Source: Octopus vulgaris
Taxonomy: Eukaryota
NCBI GenBank assembly: GCA_951406725.2
Contig: OX597814.1
Coordinates: 131,626,001-131,690,000, forward strand
Length of the DNA: 64,000 nt
Reading direction: 5' to 3'
A program made the position numbers and the translations under genes. This document shows positions 40,528 through 53,443 of the stretch, one piece after another. Each line of letters opens with the position of its first letter. The stretch's first letter is position 1. The notes under the pieces are model-generated. The model saw only the letters and a program-made list of their open reading frames with translations. It made no database searches and was not told the DNA's origin.

Positions 40528-40590
40528 TTTGAGCTGACGAAAGAAATGCTGATTTTACTTGGCTAATCTTGAAACGTTGACGTACTCAAA
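40528..40590 (+). ncRNA. Type I hammerhead ribozyme, copy 1
   Basis: TTTGAG-CTGACGA-AAGA...TCTT-GAAA-CGT-TG-ACG-TA-CTCAAA. All core residues and three stems are present; predicted cleavage after GUA (40584). Confidence 0.85.
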
Positions 40591-41088
40591 CGATCTATGT
40601 ACTTGTGATATTTTTCTGTATTTACCTCCAAACCTTCGTGAGCTGTCTGGAGTAAACATTATCTGAGAGAAATTTTTCTTTAAGTAGTAGAAACGGCTAA
40701 AAATTTTTTTTGGCTGCTATTTCTACTAAGTTCAGTATGTGGCAAAGTAATTTATTTTACTAAGCCCTAATTATATAATGTAATATTTTGAATTCGCCTT
40801 AAATGGTCCTTTTACATACTGAACACTTGGTGAAATTGATTAATTAATTTTACCCTCAATTGTTGATATTATAATTCATTTCTCTCTGTCATACTGCCTC
40901 GGTTCTCGCGGTTAGAATATAATGTTTGCTAGATAGACCACGTGGGTGGAAAAGGAGTGCAGAAATTTACGCCTGCGCATTTTTAATTTGTTGGCACTGT
41001 CAGTTGGAGCTGGTTCATTTGAAGCGACAAGTTCGCAGATAGGTAAGATTCCTTCTTTTTAGTGTTTCCAAATTCCAAATTAAGAAAT

Positions 41089-41151
41089 TTTGAGCTGACG
41101 AAAGAAATGCTGATTTTACTTGGCTAATCTTGAAACGTTGACGTACTCAAA
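41089..41151 (+). ncRNA. Type I hammerhead ribozyme, copy 2
   Basis: Identical to copy 1; predicted cleavage after 41145. Confidence 0.85.
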
Positions 41152-41665
41152 CGATCTATGTACTTGTGATATTTTTTCTGTATTTACCTCCAAACCTTCG
41201 TGAGCTGTCTGGAGTAAACATTATCTGAGAGAAATTTTCTTTAAGTAGTAGAAACGGCTAAAACAATTTTTTTGGCTGCTATTTCTACTAATTTCAGTAT
41301 GTGGCAAAGTAATTTATTTTTCTAAGCCCTAATTATATAATGTAATATATATATATATATATATATATATTGTCCGTCTCAGTTCGAATTCCGCCAAGGC
41401 TGAGTTTGCTTTCATTCTTTAGTAGTTGAAGCTGAGTTCAATTTCCTCCGAGGCGGAAAAATTGCACTAGTCAAACAAATCGACCCCATGACTAATTCTT
41501 TGTAAGCCTAATACTTATTCTATCGGGTTTCTTTTGCCGAACTGATAAGTTACGGGGACATATACGCACCAACATAGGTTGGAAAGTGATGGTGGGTTGA
41601 CAAACACAGTCATAGGAATACATACATACATACATACATACATACATACATACATACATACATGC

Positions 41666-41694
<29 letters not shown>

Positions 41695-41696
<2 letters not shown>

Positions 41697-42544
41697 TTTA
41701 TATATATAAAACTGAGAATGTGTGTGTGTCTGTCTGTCTGTCTGTGTGTTTCCCTAAAACTTGAGAACTACACAACCAATTTCATTCAAATTTTACACAT
41801 GCCTTACTTAGGGTCCATGTAGTTTCATGGGCAAAAAAATGTTCAACTTCTTGCCTAGAGCGAGCCCATAGCAATATCATATCTTCTCCACTATTTCAGT
41901 ATTACGTGTTAAAAGTGAAACAAAAACATTTCTCTATTTTATGTCAGATACTTTCACTTTAACAATAAAAAAAATAATAACAATTGAATTATATGTAGTA
42001 AGTAATAATTAAAATCAAACTATAATATAAGAAGATTTGAACACATGGAGGAAAGCACATTCGAAAAGTGTCTTGGTGCGACTATGAAAGATATCTAATC
42101 AGAGGCGGTAAATTCGCCACAATAGAAGCAAGGTTCGAGTCAACGGAGCGTGTAAGGGAGTCCTCGACTCGAACTTGCAAAGTGGAAATATTTTATTTTT
42201 ACCTTTATATCTGGGACGTAGGACGTCCCGGAAAAAAATAAAAAATGCTCCCCCCCCCCACACAGAAGTAGAGGTAGGCTGGATTGTAGACACACTACTA
42301 TACAAGAGGGAGGACAAGATACAATTGATCGAAATTACAAGAGACGGGCTAACAATTCCAGTCTGTTATATATTTTGAGTATTGTTATCACTAGCGATAT
42401 CAAGATATAACTTTGTATTATGTATTTTATGTGTAGATGTAGATATATATATATAGATGTACATGTAATATGTACACATATATATATACACATATATACA
42501 TACACTAGCACTATGACCCGGCAACGACGGGTCTTTAATGCTAG
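41695..42544 (+). mobile_element. Non-autonomous Helitron-like element inserted in a SINE A slot
   Basis: Begins TCTTTATATATA after an A and ends with hairpin GACCCG-GCAACGA-CGGGTC (42515-42533) plus CTAG before a T. SINE A halves lie at 41470-41610 and 42555-42715. Confidence 0.7.
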
Positions 42545-43664
42545 TATGTATACATATATACGACAGGCTTCTTTCAGTTTCCGTCTACCAAATCTACTCA
42601 CAAAACGTTGGTCGGCCCGAGGCTTTTGTAGAAGACACTTGGCGATGGTGCCACGCAGTGGGACCGAACGCGGAACCGTGTGGTTGGGAAGCAAGCTTCT
42701 TACCACACAGCCACTATATAAGGACTGCACTTATATAAGAAGAAAACCCTATTTTCATTCCAAACGTTTTCTTTTTCTTTTATCACGTCTTTTGTTTTAA
42801 GCGAATACCCATGTTCTAAGCGAATACCCATGTCAAGCAACGGTAAATGTATTTAAATACACCTGACTGATCTATTAAAATCATAATGTTTTCTATGTCA
42901 TCGCACACTACGAACATAGAAAGAAGTTCTATTTCATTGCACTCCAGTAACTGAAGAGGCTTTTCTTAAAAATATTATTTTTGTACTTTCTCTTTCTGTC
43001 ACTCCCTCTCATATCACTCCCTTTCTCTTTCTTCATAATACATACATACATACATACATCTATACATACATAAATACATAAAAACACACGCACACACACA
43101 CGCACATATATATGCACAATATGTGTGTGAGCGCTCGAACGTGTATGTGCGTGTGAGTATGTGCGTGTGTGTATATATATCGTTGTGTTTGTCCACATGA
43201 TCGCTCGATAAACGGTATTGATTTGTTTTCAGACTCCTGTAACGTAGCGGTTCGACAGAAGTGACCAACAAAATAATTACCAGACTTGTTTGACTAAAGC
43301 TATTCAAATTGGTGCCCCAGCATGGTCGCAGTTCAATGAGTGAAAAAAATAAAAGAACAAATGACAGAAGAATCATGCAGTAACAATTTTGCATAATATT
43401 ATACAATAAAACCGGACGCGCGAGCGCGCACACACACATGCACACACAGATACACACACACATACACATAAAATAAGGATGATAATGACGCTAATTATGA
43501 TTATCAGATAGTCAGCAGTGAATTTATCCCTTAAAATAATTATATATATATAATTATTAATTCAATATATAAATTGGTTATTTCCAGGCTGACTATCCGA
43601 TACTTATCATTAACGTGATTTTTATCCTTATTTTATGAATATAAATAAATAAATAAATAAAATA

Positions 43665-44865
43665 TTACCAGCCCTGGAGCAACCAACATAAAGCTGACCA
43701 TGAGAAAAGCAGGCCAGTAGATTTCAAAGTCTGACTTTGAGCTTTGTTAATAGACATTGCAAAGCATAGTCGCACTGGGAATTGTGTTCATTTGAACTCA
43801 AATGACGTGTCTGTTGTTATCATTGGAAATTCTTGGAATGAAAACCTCTTTCCAAGAGGTACATCCAGTGATGATGGTAGCTTATATCACCTTAGCTGAT
43901 AATATCTTCACAATCAACCTTGTCTCATTGCATAATTGAGTAGGATTTAAATTTCTTAGAAGCATTATTAGGATTCTTACCTTCAGAAAAAATTTATGTG
44001 GAGGAGTTCCAGGTGGCTCAAGAGAATTAAGGAACCCTGTTGGGTAATGGACAGCTCAGCTTGATTTTCATCAAGGACTGAATCAACTGATTTGTACTCC
44101 TTAATGGCTGTTGGAATCTTATTTGTTAATCCTCGCTATTGTCTCACTTTTTTGAGCAAAAATTGCCCTTTCACGCAACCATTTATGTGAATTATAATTA
44201 TTACTCAAGTCTGGAAATACCCTGTTCTTCAATTTAGCTGTAGAAGTCACCATGATAGCACTATGAGCCAAACTGATATCACCATTCCCATCAAATGGTG
44301 CTTTCTCATTTCCTGATTGGAGGAGCCAGGCTTTGCACAGTGGTCCTGATGTAATAAAGTTCGCACGTTAGTATTGAAGGAGAAATTCTGTTTAATTTCA
44401 TAGGTGTGAAGACTTAATGCATTTTATTTCATCAGGTCTTGTTCGTCTCGGAATGACTGGTAATGTCTGTCTGAAGTCTCCCGATAAAAATAATGTAACT
44501 CATCCCGTGTATTTATTGTTGCCTCTAATGCCCTGTAAGGTCTTATCAAGAGCTTCCATTGCATCTCTATGTGACATGGTGCATTCATCCAAAATGATAA
44601 GGTGACATTGGTACAACCCTTCTACTGAACCTGAATCTTTGATTATGTTACAAATTGGACTGTCATTTGTGTTCAAGTTTAGTAGTAATTTAAAAGCAGA
44701 ATGAGCTGTTCGTCCTCCAGGGTGAATGGTGGCAGCAGAGCCAGGCAATGCTACAGCAATTGAAATTCTTTTTTGTTGCCTCAACTTGGAGAGAAGCAAT
44801 GTTGTCATAAATGTTTTACCTGCGCCACAAGGAGAATCAAGAAAGACAATTGCTCTGCTTTTTTC
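43665..44865 (-). mobile_element. Helitron PIF1-like helicase pseudogene
   Basis: FLDSPCGAGKTF (Walker A), GGRTAHSAFKL, LIILDECTM (Walker B), GDFRQTLPVI, MLLRNL..QLCNETRL, QFPVRLCFAMSINKAQSQTL and FSHGQLYVGCSR, with frameshifts and stops. Confidence 0.92.
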
Positions 44866-44951
44866 GGGCGATTGTGGAACGCCGCACGCACGCGCGCGCA
44901 CAGACGCACAAATGCATATACATACAGTATCAAAACATCAGATAAAATGGA

Positions 44952-44997
<46 letters not shown>

Positions 44998-46194
44998 TGA
45001 AAGGGTGTGTTGTTATGTATATGTTCAGACATAAATAAATAAGCATACATCTTTTTTGTATGTGTGCGTGTGTATGTGTGTGTATGTATGTGTGTATATG
45101 TATTGTGTGTGTGAGAGAGAGAAAGTCCCGCTTAAACATAACTCTCTCACACACACATACATACAAAAAGATGTATGTGTATGTATTTATGTATGTACGT
45201 ATACATGACAACACACTCTCATACACACCATAAGTGTATACAAAAAACACTACATACGAAAACACGTGTGCATGTAGGACTGATAACAAATACACAGAGT
45301 TGAACACGGCGAGCAAAAAGTAAATAAATAAAAAAAAATTACGGAAATTAACGAAGTGTGCGAGTTCAAGCATATTTTTTGAACGCCCAATGTTGAATTG
45401 CAAAATTTCAATGTGATATTTGTATAATAACGAAATCAAACCTGGAGTGTGTATGTGTGTGTGTGTGTGTGTGTGAGTGTGTGTGAGAGAGTGAGAGAGA
45501 GAGAGAGTGGGAAGAGAATATTGTAAACAATGAATGAGATAAACACTAAATGAATAAGTCTTATAAATAAAAAGCACGTTAAAAAGTATTTTGTACAGAA
45601 TATTTAATTTTGTGAACTTAATAAATATTTCTTTCAGTAATTTATCGTAGTTGTTTACAAAAAAACAAACAAAATAAAGCTTGAAATGAAAGCATTAAAA
45701 TAGAAAGCGAGAGACTTCGCCGTTTTTACGTCAATACCGGAAGTTGACATTGAGAAAACCTTTTTAAAGCAGTGAATCATAAATATAAAGCAATATTATT
45801 TATTTTTAGCAACAAAATAAACTGATGACCCTATTAGGTATCCAAGGTCAAATTATTCATACTCCCCATGTATGGAACCAATTCGTACAGCTGTTTCCGC
45901 ACGGAAAGTGAATAACACACAAGCAGGTCTATTTTATATAGAAAGGGATATATATATATATATATATATAAATTATATATATAGTTTTTATGTATTTGTG
46001 TAGCTGTAAACTTTTAATATTCTTCAATATTTTAGGGAGTGATACATTAAATATATTTTAATAATTTACATACACAGATTTTATTATGTGACATATTAAT
46101 AAATATCTGTAAATATAAAACCATTCAGGTATTTCTGAGAACCTTATTTCTTCTAATATATAATGCCTGTACATCATCTCCAAACCTTCTAATT

Positions 46195-46233
<39 letters not shown>

Positions 46234-46373
46234 CATGTATGTATAACACACATCCACAAGCACACACACATGTACATACATCCACATATGTACATAGTTA
46301 TGTGTATAGTTATGTGTATATGTTATGTGTATTATTATTCTAAATTGTTGAACCTACCTGAATTATCCTTTTA

Positions 46374-46428
<55 letters not shown>

Positions 46429-46869
46429 AAAATAACATATAAATATATGCATATATATATACATATATGTACATAGCTATATATATATGTATATATACAT
46501 GCATATATGGGTATAGGACATAAAAAACGTAGACAAACTGAGGAACGAGAACATAAAATACAAAAACATAGAAAACGAATCCTTTTTCGAACAACGAAAA
46601 AATATAAACAGAGAAACGAGACATGCAACACAAAGAACATTCCCATCACCAGTTGTCCCCTGTTTTATCTACTCAATGTTTCGAAGGTAAGGACAAGACG
46701 CGACTTCGTTAAAACAGTCTTTCCCGCAAAGCAAATTAAATAAAATTTGGGATTCTTTGCGGAGGGTGAAAGTGGTAACAAAACAGGACAGTGGGAACAA
46801 AACAGTAAAAACAAACGGTGAACGCTGTTAAGCCAATACGATGTGAAGTGGTGAATGCTGGAAAAAGTT

Positions 46870-47150
46870 CCTCGGCGGAATTTGAACTCAGAACGTAACG
46901 GTTGGCGAAATACCTATTTCTATTTCTTTATTACCCACAAGGGGCTAAACACAGAGGGGACAAACAAGGACAGACATAGGTATTAAGTCGATTACATCGA
47001 CCCCAGTGCCTAACTAGTACTTAATTTATCGACCCCGAAAGGATGAAAGGCAAAGTCGACCTCGGCGGAATTTGAACTCACAACGTAACGGTAGGCGAAA
47101 TACCGCGAAGCATTTCGCCCAGCGTGCTAACGATTCTGCCAGCTCGCCGC
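46870..47150 (-). mobile_element. SINE family B (partial tandem)
   Basis: Family B motifs ending in GCCAGCTCGCCGCC. Confidence 0.9.
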
Positions 47151-47151
47151 C

Positions 47152-47433
47152 CGACACTTGATTTGGCCTCTCCCGACTATCAACTCTTCCCACAACTGAA
47201 GAAACATCGCAAGGAAACGAAATTTCTCTCCGATTCCGAAGCGCTCACTGCTACAGAGGTTTGGTTGGAGGCCTAACCTTCCGAGTTCTTTTAACAAGGC
47301 TTAGAAAGACTGAAGGACTGTTGCAATAAGTGTGTGAATCTGAGAGGGGAATATGTTGAATAGAATCATAATTAACTGACCCTCCTGTATTTTCTTTTAC
47401 CCACAGCCAAGAACTTTTTAGCACTCTCTTGTA
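47152..47433 (+). mobile_element. Mariner transposase C-terminal remnant with right TIR
   Basis: DLASPDYQLFPQLKKHRKETKF...EFF*QGLERLKDCCNKCVNLRG.YVE*, ending GAACTTTTTAGCACTCTCTTG+TA. Confidence 0.8.
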
Positions 47434-47471
47434 TTTATACCTTACATCCACACAGATGCATACACACACAG

Positions 47472-47524
<53 letters not shown>

Positions 47525-47909
47525 TACACATGCACAAACACGCATTCGCATACAACCTCTCTGTTGACAATGAAAGTAGGTCGATTCCCCAGATGCACTT
47601 CTCTCGCTTCCTTGCACCGCATGAATGCACACAGAGCTCCTTGTTGTGCAGTTTTTGTGACCATAGCCCTCTGCTCCTTCTCTCTAATCGCTCCCGCCAT
47701 GTGTACTGAATCCCTAATTAGTAGGTAGAAAACCTTAATCTTGTTTTACTAGTTTGTATCGGATTCTAAATCACTTTCCACTTCGCATGTGTAACGGCTT
47801 CGTCTATGGCACCTTCTTCCCTCCCCTGCGTTCAGCACAGTATCAACGGCAGCCACAATTTCTTTGAACGCCCAAATAGAGTTACAAACATCAATGTGCA
47901 CCCAGGTTG

Positions 47910-48140
47910 GGCGGCGAACTTGCAGAATCGTTAGCACGACGGGTGAAATGCCTAGCGGTGTTTTGCCTGCCGTTACGTTCTGAGTTCAAATTCCGCCGAG
48001 GTCAGCTTTGCCTTTCGTCCTCTCGGGGTCGATTAAATATGAACCAGTTACGCATTAGGGTCGATGTAATCGTCTTAATCTCTTTCTCTGTCCTTGTTTG
48101 TCCTCTCTATGTTTAGCCCCCTGTGGGCAATAAAGAAATA
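47910..48140 (+). mobile_element. SINE family B with TSD-like flanks
   Basis: Full-length copy. TGCACCCAGGT occurs both before (~47897) and after (~48145). Confidence 0.88.
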
Positions 48141-48809
48141 AATATGCACCCAGGTAAACACACATGCATATAATTTAAAAAAATGTATATTACACACACA
48201 TACACACGGATACAAAGACATAGATACAGATACATTACACACACGCACACACACACAAGCACACATGTATGCATTTTTTCTTGATGCTTATTCTTTAAAT
48301 TTACATATCCGACAAAATTTTGCGCTACTTAAGTTTTCTCGTTACCTAATTTCTCTAGTAGAGTCCCATCTATACAATACTTAGTAAACGACTATTATCC
48401 AAATCTCCAATTTTTCTTCATGTTCTTAACCGATTTTATAATCTTATATATTTTAATTTTAAATAATAAAATATTATTTTTGTTGTTAGCTCTTTCACAA
48501 TGGTTTTTTTACGTCCTTGTTGTGTTGTTTCTTGTTTACTAAGATTATATCCTTTCTTCCAACCAACCATGCTGAAGTGCCATATGCGTAAAATTTCACT
48601 CAAAATTACCAGAAGTATTCAGTAATTTCTAAGTACTTACTTACTCTTCTAACTTGATGTTGACTTTATAAATCGGTCAACTTGTTTACCATTACAAGTA
48701 AACAAACAGCAAAGGAGTTTTCCAAGCATCACCGTTTATTCCATCTACTTGAAGTGCAAATATTTTCCCTCCTTGAAGCGGACATAGTTTTCCCTCTATC
48801 TGGCTATCC

Positions 48810-48905
<96 letters not shown>

Positions 48906-49927
48906 CACACCAAAATACACTTGTACTTATACATATAACTGGGAAGTGGATCACTTAACATAGACTTAACCAAGTGAAATGCTACTCGGATAATAAAGCA
49001 TAATTTCCACTAACCTGCTGATACACGCATGCAAATTTTGGAAAAAAACGGTTATTTATTTATTTTTGACACTGCACCACGCCACAGGGAAATGTTATGG
49101 GTCAATTTGCCCTATGTAAAAGTGACAAAAATGAAACTAAACTCTGAAACAGGCTTTGATGGTTTTGCTATAACTCTTATAAAAGCACTTTACAAAGTCC
49201 GACTTGGTTATTTTTCATTAGAAAGCCCTCTACAAAGAATTAAATGAAGTCTTAATATTTTACAGTTTTTTTTATGTAAGCATATGGATATGAAAATAAA
49301 CAGATCAACATACAGACGGATAGGTACATAGGTTATAAGAACAGACAAGCACACATGCGCAAATGGAGACTGACACACATGATGATGTATACACACACAC
49401 TTTACTCCACACAAGGACACATATGGAGACACGGATCCACACATATAGAGATGCACATCCATCCATACATACAAACATGGTACATAGTTGCATAACACAC
49501 ACACACACATACACACACAAGGAGACAGAGGTGCATACATTTACAAACACACGCTCACACACACACATACATAGAAAATACACAAACACGGACATGCAAG
49601 CACATGAATATACAGGATACATACATACAGATGCAAACACACATATATATATGCATATATACACATGCATGCATACATACATACATACATACATACATAC
49701 ATACACACATACATACGTACATGCATGCAGGCATAGGCACAGACATACACACATACTGACCCACACACATGCGCACAAACAAACAAAAAGGAACACAGTG
49801 TAAATAACGAACAGAGTCAAGACTATTGAAAAGGTTGCAAGACGCAACGAAAATTTTATGAAAATGAAAATAAGAAATAAGTGGAAATTTTACCGGTGAG
49901 TGTGTTATATTATAAGGCACAAGTGAG

Positions 49928-50245
49928 GGCGCGTGGCTTAGTGGTTAGGGCATTCGGCTCATGATCGTAAGGTTGTGAGTTCGATTCCCGGCGACGCGTT
50001 GTGTCCTTGAGCAAGGCACTTTATTTCACGTTGCTCCAGTCCACTCAGCTGGCAAAAATGAGTTGTACTTGTATTTCAAAGGGTCAGCCTTGTCACTCTC
50101 TGTGTCACGCTGATTATCCCCGAGAACTACGTTAAGGGTACACGTGTCTGTGGAATGCTCAGCCATTTGCACGTTAATTTCACGAGCAAGCTGTTCCGTT
50201 GATCGTATCAGCTGGGACCCTCGTCGTCGTAACCGGCGGAGTCTT
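49928..50245 (+). mobile_element. SINE family C with TSD-like flanks
   Basis: tRNA-like head GGCGCGTGGCTTAGTGGTTAGGG...GAGTTCGATTCCC. ATAAGGCACAA flanks both sides (~49912 and ~50250). Confidence 0.88.
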
Positions 50246-51076
50246 TAAAATAAGGCACAAAAAGAAAATGACTCTCCCCAGACACAACAGAATAATTGGA
50301 ACGCAGTATAGCCGTGAAAACAGCAGAAAGATTAAGTATTTTATCTCCTTATAAGACAGAAAAACAAAAGCTCTCAGCAGACAGCCACGGGACTCGAACC
50401 TCCGCACCTCTCAAATGCTCGCTGGCAGCAATCTACCTCAAATTAATATTTTGATTACAAAATGTTGTTGAAGTCAATATGTTTTATTTATAAATGAGAA
50501 AGTTAGAGAGAGGCTATAACGTACTGGCCGGTCTCACTGATTTTCCAGTATTTGCAAAATATGGGAATGTGTTGTCAGAGAGAAAACTACTACTTTTATT
50601 TTGAGGAGAATTATTTGCAAAATAGTGTTAAAAAATTGCCATGGCAGCCGTTGCACACAGTTACTGCTGTATAATGACAGAGGATAACAAGTCGCATTGG
50701 GTTAGGTTAGGCTGTTCGGTTCAAGTGTATTTAATTCCTGGAGTGGGCGGCGCGTTGTATTCTTGAACAAAGCACTTTATTCGTGTTGCTCCAGTGTTTT
50801 CGACTGGAAATATGTAGCTGTCATGCACCTGTTGTAGCCCTCTCTCCCTCTGGGATATGCCGGTACTTCAAAGAGGGAGAGGGAGAGAGAGGATATCCCT
50901 GTCTGCTCATGACGACACTGGCACATTTTGCGAAGTCACACTTGTTCGTAGGCGGCGGATACTGGATCTTGTTAAATTTCTTGAAGTATTTCAAATTTTT
51001 ACCATTTTTTAAAGGCAGATGTAGTTTTGCATACTGAGGACTAAGATCACATCCATTTTTTTAAGAAAAGATATTA

Positions 51077-51231
51077 GCGTGGCTGTGTGATAGGAAGCTT
51101 GCTTCTCAACCACATGGTTTCGGTTTCAGCTCCACTGCGCAGCACCTTGAGCAAGTGTCTTCAACTATAGCCGCGGGCCGACCAAAAGCTTTGTGAGTGG
51201 ATTTGTTGATAGAAACTGAAAAAAAACCCCG

Positions 51232-51235
<4 letters not shown>
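51077..51235 (+). mobile_element. SINE family A 5' half (3' half at ~52020-52215)
   Basis: Runs from the head to CCCGTC+(TA)n. The body resumes with TGTGTTTGTCACCCACCATCGCTTGACAACCGG. Confidence 0.75.
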
Positions 51236-51286
<51 letters not shown>

Positions 51287-51426
51287 TAAAAACGGTAAGA
51301 TAACAAAAGAAAGAAAGAGACCTCGATATTATGTAAATAGAGGAATTTATCTGTAAATATAATGTGACAATTATTCGGTAGGCATGATAAAACTCTGAGT
51401 TTCGGAGTTTTTTTTTCCGATGGCCG

Positions 51427-51487
51427 GATAACTGAAGAGATGGCGGTGTGGATTTCCACCTCGGCATTCGAAACTCGGCGCCTTATC
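51427..51487 (+). ncRNA. Type I hammerhead motif (partly degraded) between inverted arms 51358-51404 / 51469-51515
   Basis: GATAA-CTGAAGA-(stem II with GGTGTGGA/TCCACC)-GAAA-CTCGGCGCC-TTATC. The inverted arm preserves the expected GAAA-CTCAGAG-TT-TTATC. Confidence 0.55.
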
Positions 51488-51519
51488 ATGGCTACCGAAT
51501 AATTGTCACATATTACTTT

Positions 51520-51576
<57 letters not shown>

Positions 51577-52569
51577 GCATTGTTGTATAGTTTACAGAAA
51601 AAACAAAAGACGAAGAAGGTGTATAAACAACGAGCAGATGTATTAGTTTGATACTCAGGAAAGCGAGAAAGTCTTTAATGTTTCGAGCCTATGCTCTTCA
51701 ACAGAAAGGAAGACGACGAAATAAACAGAGAGAGAATAAAAATAAAAAAAAAACTTGTGGATTTAGCGATCAATCATGGCAACTGGTTGGAAAAAGGTAG
51801 TTGGACACGAGAGCTATGAAGAAGGGGAGATAATAAAGTAATGGTGATCCCAAAACGAAGGTGTGCGCGCGTGTGTGTAGGTGAGTGTGTACGTGTGTGC
51901 GTCTGTAATGTATGGGTGTGTGGATGATGGTGTGTGAGCATACAGATGATGGTGTGTGGTATGTGTGCTGGGATATATATATATATATATAAGTTGTGTG
52001 TGTGTGCGCGCGCGAGCATACTTTGTGTTTGTCACCCACCATCGCTTGACAACCGGTGTTGTTTTATTTATGTCCACATAACTTAATGCTTCGGCAGAAA
52101 GAGACCGATAACATAAGTACCAGGCTTAAAAATAAGTGCTGGGGTTGATTTGTTCAACTAAATCCTTCAAGGTAGTGTCAAATTGTGGCCACAGTCAAAT
52201 GACTGAAACAAGTAATGAAAATTTTAAGAAAGAGTAGCATTTTAGGACTATAACCAGTCTGGTTGACCCCACTTATTTGACCACCAAGGTATGATATATA
52301 AAGGGAAGGTTTTTACAGCTGTCTTTCACACAACATTAACTTAACTCTATATCCCATTTTGCCTTGAAAAAGTCAGTCAATGCACCATTAATAAACATAT
52401 AAACATATGCACAATGGTTAATTTGGAGGGAGTGCTGCTTTCATTGTTACAATTTCTATAGCAAATAAACAAGTTTCATTGAACAATTGTCGATAAAATA
52501 TAAGGATAAATATATTCCCTCAACATAACTTCCGTAGTATAGTTTGTTCTGATAAAACATCCAGACGAA

Positions 52570-52745
52570 TATTGGGTTGTCCGGAAAATTCGTGCCGATT
52601 TTTAAGGGAAAGAAAAAGGTTAATAAATACTTGCCATTACATTTTAAATCAACCAAATATGAACCATTTTGTTGCAGAATGCATCTCCATCTTTCCTTTA
52701 ACTTACAAATACCCTCTTCCCAGAATTGAGGTGGTTTCATGGCAA
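52570..52745 (-). mobile_element. Mariner transposase C-terminal remnant with TIR
   Basis: KPPQFWEEGICKLKERWRCILQQNGSYLVD, with terminal TA+TTGGGTTGTCCGGAAAATTCGTGCCG. Confidence 0.8.
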
Positions 52746-52902
52746 AGAATTCATCACGGTATCTTTTTACGTCATCTGCCGGAGCCTCGTGGAGCTTTTA
52801 GGTGTTTTCGCTCAATAAACACACACAACGCCCGGTCTGGGAATCGAAACCGCGATCCTGCGACCGCGAGTCCGCTGCCCTAACCACTAGACCATTGCAC
52901 CT

Positions 52903-53251
<349 letters not shown>

Positions 53252-53443
53252 GAGAATGAATGAGAACAGAAGGGAGACGAAAAAGATATTATTATCGAAG
53301 ACGCGCCCATAAAAAACAGGAAACGAGCCCAAACTCATTAAACCAATATACACAACAGTGACGTTAGTGCGTATAATTCTTTGCTATTAATAGCACACAA
53401 GTTCACGGTATTCTTACTTGTAGTTACAACCGACGGTATAGAG

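Larger units (their letters stand above)
40352..41350 (+). mobile_element. Hammerhead-bearing repeat element (inverted arm plus direct repeats; Penelope pLTR/retrozyme-like) in (TA)n
   Basis: 40352-40517 is the reverse complement of 40703-40869. 40521-40785 is directly repeated at 41082-41348. Confidence 0.8.

Noticed and set aside
47560-49260. Non-repeat stretches that might contain host exons
   Set aside because: No recognisable protein motif or supported splice-flanked frame. Small exons cannot be excluded without RNA data.
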